DNA of 64,000 bases from Promethearchaeota archaeon (GCA_019057795.1 JAHLWS010000075.1:32001-96000); one strand, 5' to 3'. Positions 40,304 through 51,185 are shown, counted from the stretch's first letter. Numbers and translations: made by a program. Notes: generated by a model from the sequence alone, not told the origin.

Positions 40304-41098
40304 ATGAAGTTTAAACATACTGATTATCACATCCATACGAACTGGAGCGCAGATATCTCGAAAAATGGTCCTGTTTTTGAAGATTATATTAAGATTGCTG
40401 AAGCAAATGAAATTAACATCTGTTTTCTTGATCATTATGAACTGTATTACATAGAACAAGACAAAACAAACCCGTTTTACGATAGCAAAATCGACGATTA
40501 CCTTGAAGAGATAGACGAGTTAAAAGAAACTTATAATTTCATCCTTAGCGGTCTCGAAGTAGAATATTACCGAGATCGGGAAATAGAATTAATGGAATTT
40601 ATGGACGATTACGGTAAAGAATTGGATTTTATTGGTGGAACAATCCACGAGTGGATTTATCGCTATCCGATAACATCAAGAGAAAAATTATTACAATTGT
40701 TAGAAAAGATACCAATGAAGCAAGTTATAGACGACTACTTTGAAATTAGCGAGATGATGATAAAATCTAAAATATTTAAAAATGTATGTCATATAGACAC
40801 GATCTACCGATATATCAACGATAACGACATAAAAGTTTTGGACGATTGCAACACTTCGGAAGATCGGATATTAGATCTTGGCCGTTTGTGTATAAAGAAC
40901 AAAATTCACATTGAATATAATCTATCTGGTTTAAAATTTCCAATTAATCGACCTTTTCCTTCTAAAGAAATTGTACATCAATTAAAATCAGAACGAGCGA
41001 AATTTTTTGTTGGGTCAGACTCGCATTCAGTTAAGTACTTTCAAGAACAAATTCCTAAGGTAAAGAAAGCGTACCAATTTTTAGGGTTAAACAAATAA
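40304..41098 (+). CDS. PHP-family phosphoesterase (histidinol-phosphatase-like)
   Basis: DYHIHT, DH, GLEVE, CHID and GSDSH motifs. Confidence 0.88.
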   Translation: MKFKHTDYHIHTNWSADISKNGPVFEDYIKIAEANEINICFLDHYELYYIEQDKTNPFYDSKIDDYLEEIDELKETYNFILSGLEVEYYRDREIELMEFMDDYGKELDFIGGTIHEWIYRYPITSREKLLQLLEKIPMKQVIDDYFEISEMMIKSKIFKNVCHIDTIYRYINDNDIKVLDDCNTSEDRILDLGRLCIKNKIHIEYNLSGLKFPINRPFPSKEIVHQLKSERAKFFVGSDSHSVKYFQEQIPKVKKAYQFLGLNK

Positions 41099-41112
41099 AA
41101 CACACAATAATT

Positions 41113-41826
41113 ATGAAATCAAAAAATATATTTAACAAGCTCAATAATTGGGATCAGAAGATTATTTTAAAATATAACGGTATTGGAGGCATATTATTTA
41201 CTAATTTTCTAAAAATTGTATCATTTTTTGGAAGAGAGACTTTATGGATCATTCTAATGGTGTTTTACTTATTCATTTGGTACGCACCATTTTTGTTTTC
41301 AAATATTTCTACAATATTTTTACTTGGTGTAATCATAATTGCTCCATTAAAAAAGAGTTTTGATAGAGAAAGGCCTTTTGAAACGCTAAAAGATATAAAT
41401 GTTCTAGAGCGAAAACCAACTTCAAGGAGTTTTCCTTCTTGGCACGCTTATAATGTTATTTCTCAAGGATTGTTATGTGCTTATTTGTTAAACTCAATAG
41501 CGATAACCATTATTGTCTCTATTTTTGCTGTGATTGTTTCTTTTTCCAGGATTCAATTAGGTGTACATTACCCTAGTGATGTAATTTTCGGTTTTTTTAT
41601 TGGGATTATTGGTTTTTTATTAGCTGTAATTATTGTAGCACCTATCTTGTTGAGAATAATTACTTTTTTTGAGCAATTTTTTGGAGGTACTGTTCATTAT
41701 CACATACTTAATCCCTTGCTATTTGAAAACATATTGTATTTAATTTTAGTTATTGGGATAGTTACATTAGTTATTCTTGTTGCCATTTACAAAAGAATTA
41801 AAGAAATTTTTGAGAGTATTAAATAA
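41113..41826 (+). CDS. PAP2 family membrane phosphatase
   Basis: K...RERP, SFPSWH and SRIQLGVHYPSD motifs. Confidence 0.9.
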   Translation: MKSKNIFNKLNNWDQKIILKYNGIGGILFTNFLKIVSFFGRETLWIILMVFYLFIWYAPFLFSNISTIFLLGVIIIAPLKKSFDRERPFETLKDINVLERKPTSRSFPSWHAYNVISQGLLCAYLLNSIAITIIVSIFAVIVSFSRIQLGVHYPSDVIFGFFIGIIGFLLAVIIVAPILLRIITFFEQFFGGTVHYHILNPLLFENILYLILVIGIVTLVILVAIYKRIKEIFESIK

Positions 41827-41885
41827 ATAGAACCTCTCTTTGTCGGTCTAAAGCAAGTTACAATAAATCAATTCTAATGAAAGGT

Positions 41886-43130
41886 CTAAAGGTTTAATTT
41901 ACGTTTTTTTTCAAATAATTGTTTCAATTCATTTAAAACGGTTGATCTTGAATCTCCTGGGCTTTCTGACGCCAAATTAGGGTTGGCAATTCCAATTGGA
42001 ATTCCGCTTTGAGCCATTTGAAACGCTCCGCTTTCAATTGCGCGTAATCTGTTATCTAATTCAGCTAATTGTTTGGAAAGGCTTTCAGATAAGCGAATAA
42101 CCGCGTTCATAGTTTCTTCTAAAGTTTTTCCTAGACCTTCAACCTTTTTTAAAGTTGGGTTTGTTAACGAGTCTGTCGATTTCATTACTTCTTTGATGTA
42201 TTTAGAAAACTTAGGTTCGGTAGAGATTAATGAAAAGATGGAAGTTAAATAAGCTTCATAATCGAATCCGTACTGAGTTAATAACTGATTAAGGTTTTCT
42301 TTTAGAAGTTCGATCTTAAGTAATGTCTCGGGGTCGTGTTTTAAATCCGGGTCGCATTTGTGTATGTATATTAAAGTAAAAGGTTCTTCTTCTATAAGGG
42401 CTAAAATTTTAAGAATTTGTTCAAAATACTCAAAAGATTCTATGAACCTATTAGAGTCTTGGACGTCAATAACATAGATCAATAAATCAAGATTTAAAAA
42501 ATATTGTTCTGGATTTTTTAAATATTGTTCTCGATATTTTATTTGACCCCCCATATCCCAGACATAAAGATCCACATCAGAATTTTCGGTTTTAAAATAA
42601 CGACGATCTACACCTTTAGTTGGCTTTAAGTTAGCTAAATCGTTAATACCTAACCGACCTCCAAACTTGTTCAAAATCGCCGTCTTTCCTGCATTGTCTA
42701 ACCCAATTATTATTACTTTCTGCGCTGCTTTTTCGAAACTATATTCTTCATCTACGACGCTGGTAATTATAGAACCAATAACAATTGCTTTTTTTAAGCT
42801 ATCTTCAAGTTCGGGGTATTTCTCTTTAAGTACCACGATTTTTTCATTTAATTCGTCTTGGATTTCAGCGGCTTTAATAGGGTCTTTTGTTGAACCAATA
42901 ATATTTAAACTTTCAAAGGGATTTTCCTTGTCTAATTTGGAAGCTTCTTCGATATTAGATATATCTAAAATATCTTTTAGAACCTTAGCTTCGCTTTTTG
43001 TAAGAAATTTATAAGAGTATATTGGTAATTTTTTTATTTCTTCAATGGTTTTGAGTTTACCAATTTTAACTACTTTTGAGTCTAGAAATTTCGAGAAGAT
43101 ATTTAATACTTTTGAGATATCGGACGACAT
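41886..43130 (-). CDS. Arf/Rag-like GTPase with N-terminal helical domain and C-terminal coiled coil
   Basis: GLDNAGKT, PTKG, WDMGGQ, HKCD and TSI motifs. Confidence 0.88.
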   Translation of the reverse strand: MSSDISKVLNIFSKFLDSKVVKIGKLKTIEEIKKLPIYSYKFLTKSEAKVLKDILDISNIEEASKLDKENPFESLNIIGSTKDPIKAAEIQDELNEKIVVLKEKYPELEDSLKKAIVIGSIITSVVDEEYSFEKAAQKVIIIGLDNAGKTAILNKFGGRLGINDLANLKPTKGVDRRYFKTENSDVDLYVWDMGGQIKYREQYLKNPEQYFLNLDLLIYVIDVQDSNRFIESFEYFEQILKILALIEEEPFTLIYIHKCDPDLKHDPETLLKIELLKENLNQLLTQYGFDYEAYLTSIFSLISTEPKFSKYIKEVMKSTDSLTNPTLKKVEGLGKTLEETMNAVIRLSESLSKQLAELDNRLRAIESGAFQMAQSGIPIGIANPNLASESPGDSRSTVLNELKQLFEKKRKLNL

Positions 43131-43324
43131 TTCGCTAATAATTTGTATTAATTTGTAATTATTTATTAAACTTTGATGTAATATAATTATTAATTTTTAA
43201 ACTTATAAGATAAAAGTTAAATAGACTAAATTAAATTAGATCAAGATTTAAATATATAGTTTATTTTAAATACTATACTGAAATTGAATGATCCAAATAT
43301 TTGCATTTAATTTAAACGGATGAT

Positions 43325-44254
43325 ATGCCACCAAAATTTAAAGAAAGAGGAAATTTTGACAAGATGGAAGAAGAGTTTTGCTGCGACTCTCCAAAAATCA
43401 GTGAGGAACTTGGGTTCTATGTCTGTTTGAATTGTGGTTTGGTGTATGATAGAATTCTTGACGATTCACCTCGAAGAGCTTTCACGCAAGAAGAAATCCA
43501 AAAAAGGAAGAGTAACGAAAGAGTTTATAGTCCTATAGGCCCACGAACGATTATAAGGGGTAGTAGAGACGCACGGGGGATTTTGTTAAGCCCAAAATAC
43601 AAATCTAAATTCAATAGACTGGCAAAAATTCATAGATCCTTAACTACTAGCTACGAGAGAAATTTATGGATTGCGTTACCTAACTTACAAAGGTTACAAA
43701 AAAGATTAGGTATTTCAGATACCATAGCTGAGGATGCGCTAAGAATTTATACACAAACCGTAAAGAAAAAGTTAACAATGGGGAGAAGTATAGATACTCT
43801 ACTCGCTGCTTCAATATTTTGCGCATTAAGAGTGCATGGCATCCCTAGAACTGTGGAAGAAATTACAAAAGTCGCACAAATACCGAAAAAGAAAGTGATT
43901 AAGAGCTATAGATTAATATTAATGGAAATTTTACCAAAATTAAATCTGAAGGTGCAACATTTTACCCCTGATAGATATGTGGATAGATTTAACTCCGAAT
44001 TGAAGCTATCTATGCAATGTAGGAATATAGCTGTCAAAATTATAGAAACTGCCACTGAAAACGGTTTTAATTCTGCGGGAAAAGACCCAAAAGGGATAGC
44101 CGCTGCGGCTCTTTATATTGGATCTAGGAGTTGTAATGAAAACCGCACTCAGAAAGAAATTAGCAAGTTAGCGAGGGTCACAGAAGTTACATTGAGGATG
44201 CGCGTAAAAGATCTCATGAAATTTGCAAGAAGTACAATAACTAGTAGTTTTTAA
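43325..44254 (+). CDS. tfb: Transcription initiation factor B (TFB)
   Basis: Zn ribbon (VCLNCGLV), ERNL..AL, GRSI..., GKDPKGIAAAALY and TEVTLR motifs. Confidence 0.92.
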   Translation: MPPKFKERGNFDKMEEEFCCDSPKISEELGFYVCLNCGLVYDRILDDSPRRAFTQEEIQKRKSNERVYSPIGPRTIIRGSRDARGILLSPKYKSKFNRLAKIHRSLTTSYERNLWIALPNLQRLQKRLGISDTIAEDALRIYTQTVKKKLTMGRSIDTLLAASIFCALRVHGIPRTVEEITKVAQIPKKKVIKSYRLILMEILPKLNLKVQHFTPDRYVDRFNSELKLSMQCRNIAVKIIETATENGFNSAGKDPKGIAAAALYIGSRSCNENRTQKEISKLARVTEVTLRMRVKDLMKFARSTITSSF

Positions 44255-47200
44255 ATTTCAATTAACTGTTTTTCTTCTTCAAATAGTGGTAATAATTCTA
44301 ACATTTCTCTTATATTTGGAAAATATTTATCTAGATTATGCGAAATCACATCTAGGTAAATCTCTATGAGAGTAATATGAAATGTATCTTCTACTAATTG
44401 CTTACTTAAACCTAATGAGTCAAGAAAGCCTTTAACTTTTGTTTTTATTTCCTTAATCGGCTCGTTTGCTTTTAGAAGGGACAATCCCTGTAAAAGAATT
44501 AATAGCGAACTGGTTCTAAGGTCTTTTCTTTTTGACATTGTTTTTGCTAATTCGAGATATTGCAGACCCGCCTTTTTAAATGAGTTACTTTCGAGAGATA
44601 TAATTACATCTTTGTAATATCTCTTTTTCATTACGCTACGTTTCTTTAAAAATTCTTTTTGTTCTCTCCTAGTGTCTCCCATTTTTTGCAGCAATTTACC
44701 CATTCTTTGATCCATTTCTATATTAAGTAGTTTTTTTTCGCCTACTTCTTTCCGCGTTAATTTTACCTCTTTTACTCCTCGTTCTTCTTTTTCGGGTCGA
44801 AGAGATTCAAGTAATAAGATCTCAGAGTCAAAAAGAGTTAATTTATCTATTAAAAGGTCTAAACATAAATCTATTAGTTCTAAAATGTTATTATCTAACG
44901 CTGAAAGAAGCTCTTTTGTGATTTGTATCTCCGGCATATCTTCAAGGTCGTATTCTTTATGTTTCACTAGTTTATCATTTAAATAGGCTTTAGCTAATGA
45001 CGCGCCCTTTGTTTTTACCATTAAAATCGTGCTTAATATCAAACTTATTGAAGCTTGCTTATAAAAACTTTTTTCCAGCAATTTCGGAATTGTATCACTA
45101 TATTCATTTAGGGCTACTTGAAATTTTTTGTTTGAAAGATCCTCTAAAGCTAATTTCCAATATTGATCTCTCATTAGCTTTCTTCTTGCAACATCTTTCC
45201 TTTCTTTCCTTATAATTTTAGCTAACTCGTTAATTTTCTCTTTTACTTTCTCCATTTCAATAATTTGTTTTTTTAAATCTTCATGTTCACTAATCATTTT
45301 ATGTGACTTGCCTAAGCTATCAGAAATTAGGAGGATTTCTTCTTCAAATAACGGTAAATTTTCCATAAACTGTATTGATTCATTCAACACAACAGAATCG
45401 CTTAATTTCTCGATATCTATAAGGTATTCAACCAAAGATACTGGAAAAGTTTCAGTAAATGATTTTTCTAAACTCGATAAACTAGTTTTTGTGCGTATTA
45501 GTATTTTGTTAATATCTTCAATTTTATTTTGTTTGATAAGCAATAAAAAAAGTACTGCTAAAGAAACGCCAGCTAGATTAAATTTTTTTATTCTAATTAA
45601 ATGATCTATGCTTTCTTTATATTTCTCTATGGCATTATCTAAATCTTGCATATTCAAATACTCTAACGCGTCAATATAATAGGCTCTTTTAAAGGCTTTT
45701 CTCTGCCTGAATTCCCTTTCCTTGTCATGGAGCGCCTCTCTTGCTTTGCTCTGAATTATCGAGAGTCTTTCTTTTAAAACCTCCCCTTCAAAAGATTCTT
45801 CGGCTTTCTTAACAATGATGGCGCTTTTTTGAGCCTCGAGATTTTCGATTTTCTTATTAAGTTCAGCTTTAAGCCATTTATCGTCGATTTTATCGTTAAT
45901 AGCATGAGCAGAAGATAAATCGCCTAATGTTATATATATTTCTGTAATCCTCTTATAAATATTATTGAAGCTCAATTCCGGTTTTTCAATATATGCTAAC
46001 GAAATATCTTTAGCTTTTTTAATTAAATTCAGTGAAGCTTCGATGGCAAATTTATCTTCACCACTTTTGATAATTTTTAGTCCTTCGGCTTTTATTGATT
46101 CTATAAAGATTTTACTAATTTCCTTAGATTGCTCGTATAACATTTGTTCTCTAATAATTGAGATAAAAAGTTCAAAGATTTTCTCGTTTTCTTCGTAATC
46201 TCGTTCCTCTACAATCTCATTTAACTTTTCTATGATAATAGCAAGTTTATTCTTTAAATATTCCTTTTTTGTTTTCTTTGATAATTCGCGATAGACTTTA
46301 AAAAATTGATCAAAAATTTTACCGATTAAGAGGATATCTAAGTTTTTTTTTAACATTTGATTTTGAATATCTTTCCTAGCAATTCGTTTGAAAAAATCTG
46401 CTTGGGTTTTCACCAGATTAGCGGCTTTTGGATAATCATTATTTTCAATTAATAAATTAGTTTCTTGAATTATTAGGGTGTTAATTTCTGTAAAAATTTC
46501 TAACTCCTTTTCTATGAAACCGTTTAGAATTTCCACACCTTTCTCAATATTTTCTTCTATTTTCTTCTTTATTAATTCCTTATTTTCATCTTCAACTTTA
46601 GAGCTTAATTTCGTTAATTTTTTCTTTACCGATAAGGAATTTAACTTATTAATTAAAATTGTAGCGTTGCCAAAATCAAGATTGTCTAAAAATAATTTAA
46701 TTAAATTTTCTAATTGAGCGTCTACATTTGATTTTTTAACGTTATAAGTTTCCCAAAGATTTTCGATCTCATCATAAGATTGCTTTGCAAAAAACCTCTT
46801 TTCTTCCTTAAGCTGTTGTTTTAATAATGTTATTAAGACTTCAGTTAACTTAGAAGTAAATTTTTCTAATTCGTCAAATAGGCCTTCTTGTTGATATTCG
46901 GAGACTGCATTATATAATTGATTGCGGACAGCGAAATATTTATTTTCTTTAATTAAATAATCTGCCATTGCAATAATTTTTTGAGGAATTTCACTTAGGA
47001 TAAGAAGAGCTTTTTCGTGGGGGAGACTATTTATAATGTTGAACGCATTTTCAACTTTACAAGCAGAAATCCAAGAAGTAATTGCTAAAATAAATGATTC
47101 GTCCCGCAAATCGTTATCTTTGAGTTCTATTGACGACCATTGAGCCGCTGCCAAGTACTGCCTTGCCGCAAGATCGTATTGTCTTTTATTAAATAATTTA

Positions 47201-47994
47201 TTACCTTCTAAAACCATACTATCTGCATATAACTTCTTGAAGTTTTCCGATTTTCTTTTATCTACATTATGTAAAATTTGTGAAGCATCTAAATATAACT
47301 TAACTTTTGAATAGAGAAAAGCTGCTTGCTCGCACATTATGTAAAATTCCTCTTTATTTAAGATATCAGCAATTATCGCAGCTTTTTTAATGGCTTGGGC
47401 AGCAAAAAAATATAATTCGGGTTTGAATTCTTTTTCTGCTTTTTTGAAAAAAATATTTGCTAGCTGGATATAAATGGGAAACCTCATCCACGCGTTTTCT
47501 ATATTGAGGGGTGTATCGCCAGAGATCATTGCTACGCACAAACATTGCAAAACCTGGTAAAACTCCGCTGGAGGAAGATTAACAAATGCTTCTATGTCAA
47601 GATATTTGAACCAGAGCCTTTCTAACAATTCATTTATAGATAAAGGGAAAATTCCTTGTTGATCGTAGTACATCAAAACAATGGGGATATTTCTTTTAAC
47701 AGATTTAACAATAGGTAATATAATATCGAAATACTCAAATTCTTCATTATTTAAGGGATTTAAGAAATATATGATTCCGTCCACAGTAGGAATGATTTCA
47801 TCAAAATCTGCGTTAATAACATCGGTTATTGCGACTACTTCTAAATCGCAAATATCATCGAAGGCTTTTACTTCCTTATAACATTCCAAATACGCTCCTT
47901 TATTTTCACCCTCTTCTCCGAATGCTCTAAGAGCGTAAAAAGAAATAGCTTCTCCATCTAAACCCAATAAGAGAATTTTAAAGATGTAACGCAT
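44251..47994 (-). CDS. Large alpha-solenoid protein with a degenerate small-GTPase-like N-domain and 3 C-terminal repeats
   Basis: IFKILLLG, DGIIYF and IPIVL strand pattern; TPR/SNAP-like helices; LPLFEEE-like repeat ends. Confidence 0.6.
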   Translation of the reverse strand: MRYIFKILLLGLDGEAISFYALRAFGEEGENKGAYLECYKEVKAFDDICDLEVVAITDVINADFDEIIPTVDGIIYFLNPLNNEEFEYFDIILPIVKSVKRNIPIVLMYYDQQGIFPLSINELLERLWFKYLDIEAFVNLPPAEFYQVLQCLCVAMISGDTPLNIENAWMRFPIYIQLANIFFKKAEKEFKPELYFFAAQAIKKAAIIADILNKEEFYIMCEQAAFLYSKVKLYLDASQILHNVDKRKSENFKKLYADSMVLEGNKLFNKRQYDLAARQYLAAAQWSSIELKDNDLRDESFILAITSWISACKVENAFNIINSLPHEKALLILSEIPQKIIAMADYLIKENKYFAVRNQLYNAVSEYQQEGLFDELEKFTSKLTEVLITLLKQQLKEEKRFFAKQSYDEIENLWETYNVKKSNVDAQLENLIKLFLDNLDFGNATILINKLNSLSVKKKLTKLSSKVEDENKELIKKKIEENIEKGVEILNGFIEKELEIFTEINTLIIQETNLLIENNDYPKAANLVKTQADFFKRIARKDIQNQMLKKNLDILLIGKIFDQFFKVYRELSKKTKKEYLKNKLAIIIEKLNEIVEERDYEENEKIFELFISIIREQMLYEQSKEISKIFIESIKAEGLKIIKSGEDKFAIEASLNLIKKAKDISLAYIEKPELSFNNIYKRITEIYITLGDLSSAHAINDKIDDKWLKAELNKKIENLEAQKSAIIVKKAEESFEGEVLKERLSIIQSKAREALHDKEREFRQRKAFKRAYYIDALEYLNMQDLDNAIEKYKESIDHLIRIKKFNLAGVSLAVLFLLLIKQNKIEDINKILIRTKTSLSSLEKSFTETFPVSLVEYLIDIEKLSDSVVLNESIQFMENLPLFEEEILLISDSLGKSHKMISEHEDLKKQIIEMEKVKEKINELAKIIRKERKDVARRKLMRDQYWKLALEDLSNKKFQVALNEYSDTIPKLLEKSFYKQASISLILSTILMVKTKGASLAKAYLNDKLVKHKEYDLEDMPEIQITKELLSALDNNILELIDLCLDLLIDKLTLFDSEILLLESLRPEKEERGVKEVKLTRKEVGEKKLLNIEMDQRMGKLLQKMGDTRREQKEFLKKRSVMKKRYYKDVIISLESNSFKKAGLQYLELAKTMSKRKDLRTSSLLILLQGLSLLKANEPIKEIKTKVKGFLDSLGLSKQLVEDTFHITLIEIYLDVISHNLDKYFPNIREMLELLPLFEEEKQLIEI

Positions 47995-48195
47995 GGGATT
48001 AATCTAAAGATGTTATTTTATAATTAAAAACTAATATAATTATAAATGTTTTTACTTATTATATTCTTACTTTTTTCAAATCAAACTTTTAAGACTATTA
48101 AAATTATAAAAAAGTTAAAAAATTTTGAACTTTTTCTTTATTTAATATAGTTTCAATTGAACAATTATACCATTTTTTTTACATGGGGATATTTC

Positions 48196-48855
48196 TTGGA
48201 TTATTTAGAACGGAATTATGGCATTGTGAAAGAGCGAATGATTTATCAAATGGAAAATTCGCTCGCTTTAGGAAGAAAGCTAATTGATAGTGAATTAGAT
48301 ACGGGAATTTTGAATTTTATTGTACGACCGATCGTCAAAGCGTTTTACGATTATTGGGCACAACACGACGCGAGAAAGGGTACATTAAAACAAATAAATA
48401 TCACACTAGAGGCGGTAAAGAAATTATTATTGAACAGTAATTCTGAAGAAAGTTTTAATAAAATTGTCGAAGAAAATTTTCCTAATTTTTTAAAATATGA
48501 TCAAGTTACTTATCAATGTAGCAAACATCATAAAAACTATGAGAAGTTAAAAAATAATTCAAAAGACACCTTCATCAATTATCTAAAAGAAGTTAAAACT
48601 TTTTTGGAAGTTAAAGAGGATGTAAAAGATTATGGAGACCTCTGTAGAGCTGCATTTAAAACAAAAGAAGTAGCAAGTAGTAATTTAATGAAGCAATTAG
48701 ACCTTACTGAAAATGGAATTAAAATTATTGAAGACGATCCATCTATTCTTTCGGCACCAGCTGGTAAAAAAATCATTATTAAAGCGCTAAGAAAAGGGTT
48801 TGAATTAACAAAGAATGAATTTATTGAAGGTATAGCCGATACTTACATCGAATGA
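48196..48855 (+). CDS. Hypothetical protein, paralog of 48890-49567
   Basis: Aligns with the neighbour from the TTG at 48196 (LDYLERNY vs MNYIQRNY); GGGG SD upstream. Confidence 0.8.
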   Translation: MDYLERNYGIVKERMIYQMENSLALGRKLIDSELDTGILNFIVRPIVKAFYDYWAQHDARKGTLKQINITLEAVKKLLLNSNSEESFNKIVEENFPNFLKYDQVTYQCSKHHKNYEKLKNNSKDTFINYLKEVKTFLEVKEDVKDYGDLCRAAFKTKEVASSNLMKQLDLTENGIKIIEDDPSILSAPAGKKIIIKALRKGFELTKNEFIEGIADTYIE

Positions 48856-48889
48856 TAATTAAAGTATTAACATCGTTGGAGATTTAATC

Positions 48890-49567
48890 ATGAATTATAT
48901 CCAAAGGAATTATAATATAATAGAACAAAGAATGGTAGCACAAACTGACACAAGTCTTAATATTGGAAGAGATTTAATTGATTCAGAATTAAACATGGGA
49001 TTATTGAATTTTATAATAAAACCTATTGTAAAATCTTTTTATAAGTATTGGAGCGATAATGAAGCCCGCGTAGGCACATTGAAACAGATAAAAATCACGC
49101 TAGATTCTGCCAAATTACTTGTAGAAAATGGAAACATCTCCAAAGAAAAATTTGACGATGTTATTAATAGAAATTTTCCAAGCTACTTAAAAAACGATCA
49201 GACTGATAGGCAGTGTAAAAAAAATCATAAAAACTATCAAAAATTAAAAGACATTACAAAAAAATTATTTATTTCGCAATTAGAGGAGTGTATATTATTT
49301 TTGGGTATAAGAGACCCAAATGTTAATAATTACAGCGAATTATCGATAGCTACTTTTAAAACTAAAGAAATAGCGCTTCAAGCTCTAATGCGTCAACTAG
49401 ATTATAACGAGGAAGGTATTGCTGTCGTAGAACAAGACGAGAATATCATAGATGTTCCCGCAGGAAGGAGTATTATTGTAAATGTACTACGCAAGGGCTT
49501 TGAAGCTACAAAAAAAAAATTAATTGAGGAACTAGATCTTATTTTTTATAAAAAATTGCCTATATAA
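48890..49567 (+). CDS. Hypothetical protein, tandem paralog
   Basis: Shares LIDSEL..G.LNFI..PIVK.FY.YW, GTLKQI, QC.K.HKNY and LRKGFE with the upstream gene. Confidence 0.85.
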   Translation: MNYIQRNYNIIEQRMVAQTDTSLNIGRDLIDSELNMGLLNFIIKPIVKSFYKYWSDNEARVGTLKQIKITLDSAKLLVENGNISKEKFDDVINRNFPSYLKNDQTDRQCKKNHKNYQKLKDITKKLFISQLEECILFLGIRDPNVNNYSELSIATFKTKEIALQALMRQLDYNEEGIAVVEQDENIIDVPAGRSIIVNVLRKGFEATKKKLIEELDLIFYKKLPI

Positions 49568-49604
49568 TTTATTTTACATTTATTAGTATTAAAGTGCGAT
49601 TAGG

Positions 49605-50678
49605 ATGAGCGTTGATCCCGCTAACAAGGCGCCAAAATTTTGCTTAAGATCGATATTTATGAACATTCTCATAACAGTTTTTATTATTATGAGTTATATA
49701 TATATCTCGGAAATTTATGGTTCAATTTCCACACCCTATATTGGAATTAATGAGTTTTCAATAATTTTTGGGTTGCTGTTATTAATTTTTACATTTTTTT
49801 CGATAATAGCTGGTCCAATTCAGGCGTTTATAGCGGGATTTTTAGGTGAACTCCTATACCAATTCGCGTTTTATAATGATATTTACTTAGATTGGTGTCT
49901 TGTTGTGGCTATTTATGGTTTAATAGCTGGTTTATATAAATATAAGCCGTTGAAATATCATAAAGGTATGGCTGTTTATTACACTTTTTTGTTATTAGTA
50001 ATCAATTCTTTTCTTGTGATGTTTTTAATTATCGTATTCCAACTTTCATTATATTCCAGTCCTTTAGAATTGGAAACTATTATTATTAATTTTGGGTTTA
50101 AATTTTTCTTGCAAACGCTTATTTCAACCATTTTTTTAATACCTATTCTTTTAATTATTTACGACAAAATTTTAGCTTCAAAGGAAAGACACCTATATTA
50201 TTTACTCTTAACACATCACCCCGTTGAAGCAAGCGACCATACATTTTTTTTTCAATTTGGAAGGACAAAAATATATTTATGTTCAAGATGCTCAGGAATG
50301 ATAATAGGAATAGTTATGTCTGTTTTTTTTACGCACTTAACTGAATTGATAATTAACGCTCAATTTAGCGCAGAGATTGCTTTGCTTATAATTATCGTCT
50401 TTCCAATACCTGGAATGATAGATTGGGGGACTCAGAAGCTCTTATTTAGGAAAAGCACTACGGAATCTCGGTTGCTTACGGGGTTTATTATCGGAGTTGC
50501 ACTACATTTCATGTCGTTTACAAAAACGTATTATTTCTTGACACTAATTATTGTAACGATTTATTTTGTTATACTTTTCCTTTTAATTTTTTTTGGTCAG
50601 AAAAAGCTATTTAGAGAATTAAAAAAAGAATTAAACCCATTATCGCCAGAAGACCTCGATAATGATCAGGATAAATGA
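49605..50678 (+). CDS. Membrane protein with an ECF S-component-like region and a DUF2085-like C-terminal domain
   Basis: GPIQAFIAGFLGE; THH...LCSRCSG...IDWGTQ...RLLTG. Confidence 0.65.
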   Translation: MSVDPANKAPKFCLRSIFMNILITVFIIMSYIYISEIYGSISTPYIGINEFSIIFGLLLLIFTFFSIIAGPIQAFIAGFLGELLYQFAFYNDIYLDWCLVVAIYGLIAGLYKYKPLKYHKGMAVYYTFLLLVINSFLVMFLIIVFQLSLYSSPLELETIIINFGFKFFLQTLISTIFLIPILLIIYDKILASKERHLYYLLLTHHPVEASDHTFFFQFGRTKIYLCSRCSGMIIGIVMSVFFTHLTELIINAQFSAEIALLIIIVFPIPGMIDWGTQKLLFRKSTTESRLLTGFIIGVALHFMSFTKTYYFLTLIIVTIYFVILFLLIFFGQKKLFRELKKELNPLSPEDLDNDQDK

Positions 50679-50687
50679 GAAAATAAA

Positions 50688-51185
50688 ATGAATTATATTT
50701 TCATACATGGCCTTGAATCTTCGGGCAAAGGCTTTAAAGGAGTGTATTTAAAAAAATTAATTCCAGAAATTCTTACTCCTGATTTTATTGAATTTGACCA
50801 AAAAAAATCAATTAAAGACCTTCTTGAAAAGAGAATGGCTCAGTTAAAATCAATTTTAAGAGAAAAAGACTTATGGGTATTAATAGGTTCAAGTTTTGGA
50901 GGTCTAATGGGTGCATTATATACGCTTCAAAACCCCAAAAAGGTTAGAAAATTGATATTATTAGCGCCATATCTAGAGCCATCAGTGTTGGAGTTAGAAA
51001 AATACAATCCGGTGGATGTGCCTGTTATAGCTTATCACGGTAAAAATGACAATGTAGTACAATTTAAAACTTCTCGCGAACAAGCTTACAAATTATTTAC
51101 TAATATAGAATATAACTCGACCAATGACGATCATTCACTTCAAAAAACAGTAAAAGAATTAGATTGGATATATTTAATTTCATAA
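50688..51185 (+). CDS. Alpha/beta hydrolase (YqiA-like)
   Basis: IHGLESS, GSSFGG, HGKND and DDH motifs. Confidence 0.88.
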   Translation: MNYIFIHGLESSGKGFKGVYLKKLIPEILTPDFIEFDQKKSIKDLLEKRMAQLKSILREKDLWVLIGSSFGGLMGALYTLQNPKKVRKLILLAPYLEPSVLELEKYNPVDVPVIAYHGKNDNVVQFKTSREQAYKLFTNIEYNSTNDDHSLQKTVKELDWIYLIS

